A stretch of DNA of 64,000 nucleotides from the human T2T-CHM13v2.0 reference genome, Homo sapiens: the NCBI RefSeq assembly GCF_009914755.1, contig NC_060930.1; one strand, 5' to 3'. The notes under the pieces are model-generated. The model saw nothing but the letters and a program-made list of their open reading frames with translations. It searched no databases and was not told the origin of the DNA. Both the position numbers and the translations under genes were made by a program. This document shows positions 57,950 through 64,000 of the stretch, piece after piece. Position 1 is the first letter of the stretch. Each line of letters starts with the position of its first letter.

Positions 57950-60590
57950 GGTAACTCTTAGAGTGGAGTGTAAGTCCATACCCTTCTTAATCAATACGGA
58001 GGCTACCCACTCCACATTACCTTCTTTTCAAGGGCCTGTTTACCTTGCCCCCATAACTGTTGTGGATATTGATGGCCAGGCTGCTGGGCCCTTTAAAACT
58101 CCCCCACTCTGGTGTCAACTTGGAAAACAGTCTTTTATGCCTTTTTTAGTTATCCCCATCTGCCCAGTTCCCTTATTAGATCAAGACATTTTAAGTGAAT
58201 TATCTGCTTCTCTGACTATTCCTGGGCTACAGCCACATCTCATTGCTACCCTTTCCCCTGTTCAAAACCTCCTTCATGTCTTCCTCTTGTATCCCCTGCA
58301 CCTGAACCCACAAGTATGAGACAACTCTACTCCCTCCCTAGCAATTGACCACATGCCCATTACTATCCCATTAAAATCTAATCATCCTTACCCTGCTCAA
58401 CACCAGTATCCCATCCCACAACAGGCTTTGAGAGGACTAAAGCCTGTCCAGGATCTTCACCTTATCAAAAAAATTGTCTTGCCTATCCACCCCGTGGTGC
58501 CAAACCCATATACTCTCCTATCCTCAATACCTCCCTCCACAACCCCTTATTCTGTTCTGGATTTCAAAGATGCTTTCTTTGCTATTCCTTTACACCCTTC
58601 ATCCCAGCCTCTCTTCGCTTTCATTTGGACTGACCCTGATACCCATCAGTCTCAGCAACTTACCTGGGCTGTACTGCTGCAAGGCTTCAGGGACAGCGCC
58701 CATTACTTCAGTCAAGCCCTTTCTCATACTTTACTTTCTTTCTGTCCATCTGCTTCTCACCGTATTCAATATTTTGACAACCTTCTACTTTATAGCCCCT
58801 CCTACAGATCTTCCCAACAGGACATCCTCCTGCTCCTCCAACATCTATTCTCAAAAGGATAATGCAACTCCCCCGTCAAAGGCCAAATTTCTTCCTCATC
58901 CATTACCTATCTCAGCATAACTCTTCATAAAAGCACATATGCTCTCCCTGTTGATCGTGTCCGGCTAATCTCCCAAACCCCAACCCCTTCTACAAAGCAA
59001 CAACTCCTTTCCTTCCTAGGCATAGTTAGGTACTTTCGCCTTTGGATATCTGTTTTTGCCATCCTGACTAAACCATCATACAAAAGGAAACCTAGCTGAC
59101 CCCATAGATCCTAAATCCTTTCCCCACTCGTCTTTCCGTTCCTTAAAAACTGTCCTAAAAGCTGCTCACACACTAGCTCTCCCTAACTCATCCCAACCCT
59201 TTTCATTACACGCAGCCAAAGTACAGGACTGTGCAGTCAGAATTCTTACACAAGAGCCGGGACTGCACTCTGTAGCCTTTCTATCCGAACAACCTGACCG
59301 CACAGTTCTGAGCTGGCCTTCATGTCTGTATGCAGTGACAGCCACCGCTTTAATACTTTTAGAGGCCATCAAAATCACAAGCTATGCTCCATTTACTCTA
59401 CAGTTCCCATAACTTTCAAAATCCATTTTCCTCCTCACACTTGATGCGTATACTTTCTGCTCCCTAGCTCCTTCAACTGTACTCACTATTTGTTGAATCT
59501 CCCACAATTACCATTGTTCCTGGCCTGGACTTCAATCTGGCCTCCCACATTATTCCTGCTACCACACCTGACCCCCATGATTGTATCTCTCTGATCCACC
59601 TGGCATTCACTCCATTTCCCCATATTTCCTTCTTTCCTGTTCCTCACCCTGATCACACTTGGTTTATTGATGGCAGTTCCACCAGGCCTAATTGCCACTC
59701 ACCAGCAAAGGCAGGCTATGCTATAGTATCTTCCACATCTATCATTCAGGCTACTGCTCCGCCCTCCTCCACTACCTCTCAGCAAGCCAAACTCATTGCC
59801 TTAACTCAGGCCCTCACTCTTGCAAAGGGACTACACGTCAATATTTATACTGACCCTAAATATGCCTTCCATATCCTGCACCACCATGCTGTTACATGGG
59901 CTGAAAGAGTTTTCCTCACCATGCAAGGGTCCTCCATCGTTAATGACTCTTTAATAAAAACTCTTCTCAAGGCTGCTTTACTTCCAAAGGAAGCTGGAGT
60001 CCTTCACTGCAAAGGCCATCAAAAAGCCTCAGACCCCATTGCTCAAGGCAACAATTATGCTGATAAGACAGCTAAAGAAGCAGCCAGTATTCCTACTTAT
60101 GTCCCTCATGGCCAGTTTTTCTCCTTCTCATCAGTCACTCCTACTCACTCTCCCACTGAAGTTTCCACCTATCAATCCCTCCCTACTCAAGGCAAATAGT
60201 TCTTTGACCAAGGAAAATTCCTCCTTCCAGCCTTACAGCTCATTCCATTCTATCGTTTTTCATAACCTCTTCCATGTAGGTTACAAGCCACTAGCCCTCC
60301 TCTTAGAACCTCTCATTTCCTTTCCATCATGGAAATCTATCCTCAAGGAAATCACTTCTCAGTGTTCCATTTGCTATTCTCCCACTCCTCAGGGAGTTCG
60401 CCCCTGCCCAGGATTGGCAGATTGACTTTACCCACATGCCCCGAGTCAGGAAACTAAAATACCTCTTGGTCTGTGCAGACACTTTCACTGGATGGGTAGA
60501 GGCCTTTCCCTCAGGGTCTGAGAAGGCCACCGCGGTCATCTCCTCCCTTCTGTTGACATAATTCCTCAATTTAGCCTCCCGCTCTACCCA
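57950..60590 (+). pseudogene. pol: HERV-H pro-pol remnant
   Basis: Protease FLINTEATHS (DTG motif lost); RT LDFKDAFF and QYFDN (YxDD lost, ~58767-58781) with an internal deletion; RNase H WFIDGSS and HCKGHQ; integrase WQIDFTHMP...DTFTGWVEAFP truncated. Confidence 0.88.
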
Positions 60591-60649
60591 GTTGTCCCAT
60601 CAATCCCCATTACAACTTCTAATGGCTGCTGCCCTAGCTGGATCCCTAG

Positions 60650-61178
60650 TGTTAGATATGAGTTCTAAATTTCTTTTCAAAGAATCAATATGTCAGTAGG
60701 TTCAATTCTTTGCCTTCTACTTTTAAACTTAACTTCCTCGTAAAGCAAACTTTTTCAATTACCTGCTCCACCCTGACTCATTTCAATCACCTGCTCCACC
60801 CTGACTCATTCCGATTACCTGCTCCACCCTGACTCATTCTGATTACCTGTTCCACCCTGACTCATTCCAATGACCTGCTGTCATAACCATTTTTCCTGCC
60901 AAACCACTCACCCTGTCACTCTCTTTAAATTAGCCAATTGAAATTAGTTTAGCCTGTGCGGTCTAACCCTAGCCAATAGGGGAAGGACGCAGCAGCAGGG
61001 GCCACGTGCATCAGGGATAAGAACCCCTTCCCGTCCCTTGTCCAAGTGTGTGCTCACCATTGCTCCATCTGTAAGGGTGCAACCTTCTATAGAAGTAACT
61101 TGCCTTGCTGAGAATTAAAAAGAAAATTTTATATTCGAGTGCTATTTCTTTTGTGGCACAGAAACTTCATATATAATA
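60650..61178 (+). mobile_element. Nested solo LTR, LTR10F-like (HERV-I/HERVIP10 group)
   Basis: tgttagatatgagttctaaatttcttttcaaagaatc... start; 4-bp TSD ctag at 60646-60649 and 61179-61182; CCAAT boxes ~60935 and ~60973; attaaa ~61114. Confidence 0.85.
60753..60870 (+). repeat. 28-bp VNTR with four AP-1 sites
   Basis: TGACTCA at 60774, 60802, 60830 and 60858 (exact 28-bp period). Confidence 0.93.
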
Positions 61179-61948
61179 CTAGGAGTCTGGGTACAAGACA
61201 CCTCTTTTAGTGCTCTTTCTCATTTTTTCACTTTGCATTTCCAGTGTTGCACAAGGTCTCTTCTTCTGTGACTCCTCTACCTACATGTGTCTACCTGCTA
61301 ATAGGACAGGCACGTGCACACTAGTTTTCCTTACTCCCAAAATTCAATTTGCAAATAGGACTGAACAGCTTCCTCTTCCCCTCATGACACCAACACTTCA
61401 CCACTATTTTGTTTTATTTTTCTTATTAATATAGAAGACAGGAATAGGCCTCGACTTACTGCTGAAAAAGGAGAACTCTGTATATTTTTAAATGAAGAGT
61501 GTTGTTTTTACCCAAATCAATCTGGCCTGGTGTATGACAACATAAAAAAACTCAAGGATAGAGTCCAAAAACTTGCCAACCAAGCAAATAATTACGCTGA
61601 ACCGCCTTGGGCACTCTCTAACTGGATGTCCTGGTTCCTCCCAATTCTTAGTCCTTTATTACCTCTTTTTCTCCTTCTCTTATTCAGACCTTGTGTCTTC
61701 TGTTTAGTTTCTCAATTCACACAAAACCACATCCAGGCCATCACCAATCATTCTATATGACAAATGCTCCTTCTAACAACCCCACGATATCACCCCTTAC
61801 TCCAAAATCTTTCTTCAGTTTAATCTCTCCCACTCTAGGTTCCCACATCAGCCCAATCCTGCTCGAAGCAGCTCTGAGAAACATCCCCCACAAATTTTCA
61901 ATGCCCCAACACTTCACCACTATTTTGTTTTGTTTTTCTTATTAATAT

Positions 61949-61961
61949 AAGAAGACAGGAA
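61949..61961 (+). other. Polypurine tract
   Basis: aagaagacaggaa immediately before the 3' LTR TG. Confidence 0.85.
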
Positions 61962-62379
61962 TGTCAGGTCTCTGAGTCCAAGTCTGCACGTATACATTCA
62001 GATGGCTGAGGCAACTGAAGAACCAGAAAAGAAGTGAAAATGGCTGGTTCCTGCCTTAACCGATGACATTCCACCATTGTGGTTTGTTCCTGCCCCACAC
62101 TAACTGGTCAAGTGACCTTGTGAAATTCTTTCTCCTGGACAATGAATCTCGGAAGCTCCCCACCGAGCACCTTGTAACACCTGCCCCTGTCTGCAAGAGA
62201 AAAAACCCCTTTGACTGTAATTTTCCACTACCCACCCAAATCCTATAAAACTGCCCCACCTCTGTCTCCCTTTGCTGACTCCTTTTTCAGACTCAGTCTG
62301 CCTGCACTTGGGTGATTAAAAAGCTTTATTGCTCGTACAAAGCCTGTTTGGTGGGCTCTTCACATGGACACGTTTGACA
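61962..62379 (+). repeat. 3' LTR (418 bp, LTR7C-like)
   Basis: tgtcaggtctctgagtccaag...tttgaca; collinear with the 5' LTR. Confidence 0.92.
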
Positions 62380-63951
62380 CTCCTTATGTATCTTTTTAAT
62401 CTCCATCATCTAACACAGTGTCTGGCACTCAGAATCACTCAATATATGATTGCAGAATAAGCAATAAGTTAGAAACTCAGTTAAAAGTAGAAAGAAATGG
62501 AACTGGAGCCCAAGACTACAAAGCTTCAATTCTTCCCAGGATGTCTTTTCTGAATGAACAGGTGAATATAATTAAGGTACATGTTTTATTATCAGTTGAT
62601 TCTCATGCCCAGAAAAGCATTGATACCACATTCTTATGAGCTCAGAGAGAAAACTTGTTCTTGATGTGTACCCAAGGTACCAGAGGTCAGTGTGGCCACC
62701 AGAAGTGACCCATCTAACAGTGAGCACAAGACTTCATTGTGAGTCTGAGGACAGGCTGCTCACCAACTTCTGGATTTAAAAAGCACTTGACTGCCCTGAA
62801 GAGGAGCTATTTGTTATACAAAGTCATCTGAGAGAAAAGGGTTATGTTCTTAAAATAACTTTATTAGAGCCTATTTAGTAAATGACTTTCTAATGGTTGG
62901 AAAGTGTCTAGCAGATTGCAATAAGGTGAGAAGGATGTCGCTATTTATATACTCAACATTCTCCTTTCTAAGAGAAAAATGAAGTACAAAACAATATTTA
63001 TAGCCCATTAGTCTAGGGCTTTTCTTCAACTGATAACTTTCACACACATTCAGAAGACGTGGCAACCTATTGCTTATATCTAAATTCCAAGCAGCTATAC
63101 TGCCAGCATTCTCTCTACTTTTTCTTTCACTTTATTGTTTTTCTTTCTCTCTCATTCACTCATACACACACACACACAAACACAGACACATAAGTCACAT
63201 TTACATTTGTGTACCATGTTCACATATACATAAACTCATACTTTATGGAGCATGATATTTAAAAAATTTACTATCTGATATGAAATTAGTTGCTTCTGAT
63301 TTTTCTATTCCAATGTTGATATAAATACAAATATCCTTAACCTGTGGCCTAGATGGAACATAAAGAAAAACGGAAAAGCTGAAATATGGGACATGCATTC
63401 AATAACTTGGATATGGACAGGAATTCATAACCATTCATTCTGCTAATATCTTTTGAGCACCCATGACATGTCATGAATTTTACTAAACCATGAGACCGAA
63501 TACTGAGCAGAAGAGAGTGAGGAAACTCAGACTGACAAGCTGATCGAATACTTACCTTGTTCATTGATTCTCTGCTAACATTTTAAGATACAAAACTAAA
63601 CCTTTATTTTGTTTTTATTTTCTGTGTCACATTTAAAGACACCATACGTAGTTACTGTAAGTCCTTTTTATTAGTGTTATTAAGTATTATAAAGAAGAAA
63701 TTAATTGATAGATACCATTTTATAATGAAAGATTAATGGGCAAGTCCATGGGAGTAGCTTAGACTATCACTAACATTTGGTAACACATATGTATGTTATT
63801 TGTTCTGTTAGAAAGGAAACGCAAATGATGTGATTAAAGTATTAAGAGAAATGTATACATAAAGACAAAAACATGCAAGGGAATGACTAAAATGCTACAG
63901 AATGCAGGATGTTTGAAAGAGGTCATCAATGCAAGATTACTTAAATCTTAC

Positions 63952-64000
63952 CTTAAAATTTTGTACAGAATTTGCAAAAGATGGGAAACCTGGAAGTATT
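63952..64000 (-). CDS. SYNE1: SYNE1 small coding exon (~exon 11, 51 nt by recall), truncated by window edge
   Basis: Reads (E)ILPGFPSFANSVQNFK followed by an AAG|GTAAGA donor; phase 0 matches exon 12. Confidence 0.88.

Larger units (their letters stand above)
60590..61823 (+). pseudogene. env: HERV-H env remnant, split by a nested LTR
   Basis: MAAALAGSL|GVWVQD, CLPANRTGTCTLVFLTPKIQ, CIFLNEECC-like CX6CC, YDNIKKLKDRVQKL...WMSWFLPILSPLLPLFLLLLF TM anchor. Confidence 0.85.
55551..62379 (+). mobile_element. Defective HERV-H-family provirus (LTR7C-like LTRs), antisense to SYNE1 in the exon 11-12 intron
   Basis: Two TG...CA LTRs, PBS, gag/pro/pol/env remnants and PPT; 5-bp TSD atcct/ctcct with one mismatch. 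Confidence 0.93.

Noticed and set aside
58353-58862. 169-aa RT-like ORF as a functional or domesticated reverse transcriptase
   Set aside because: Catalytic YxDD is YFDN, part of the N-terminal RT region is deleted, and flanking frames are broken
61530-61760. Env TM ORF as a syncytin-like co-opted gene
   Set aside because: Only a 76-aa C-terminal fragment; no signal peptide, fusion peptide or intact SU

Overview
This is human-like (primate) genomic DNA, not microbial. The window lies inside SYNE1 (nesprin-1), which is on the minus strand. I traced 23 coding exons (about exons 11-33 by recalled canonical numbering) with GT-AG boundaries and consistent phases. They encode the linker after the calponin-homology domains and the first spectrin repeats, including the block that encodes the brain isoform CPG2. 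Introns carry Alu, MIR, L1, L2, MaLR and DNA-transposon remnants. A ~6.8-kb defective HERV-H-family provirus (55551-62379) sits antisense to SYNE1. It has LTR7C-like LTRs, a Phe-type PBS, a nested LTR10F-like solo LTR with a 4x AP-1 VNTR, a homogenised 52-bp leader repeat, and an ectopic copy of the polypurine tract replacing the env fusion region. The best leads for unannotated biology are cryptic SYNE1 isoform elements: an in-frame alternative first exon, a 135-nt in-frame cassette or first exon, an RBFOX-flanked poison microexon and intronic termination sites. I see no evidence of a wholly new genetic system. Repeat subfamilies, exon numbers and reference residues come from recall and need database confirmation.
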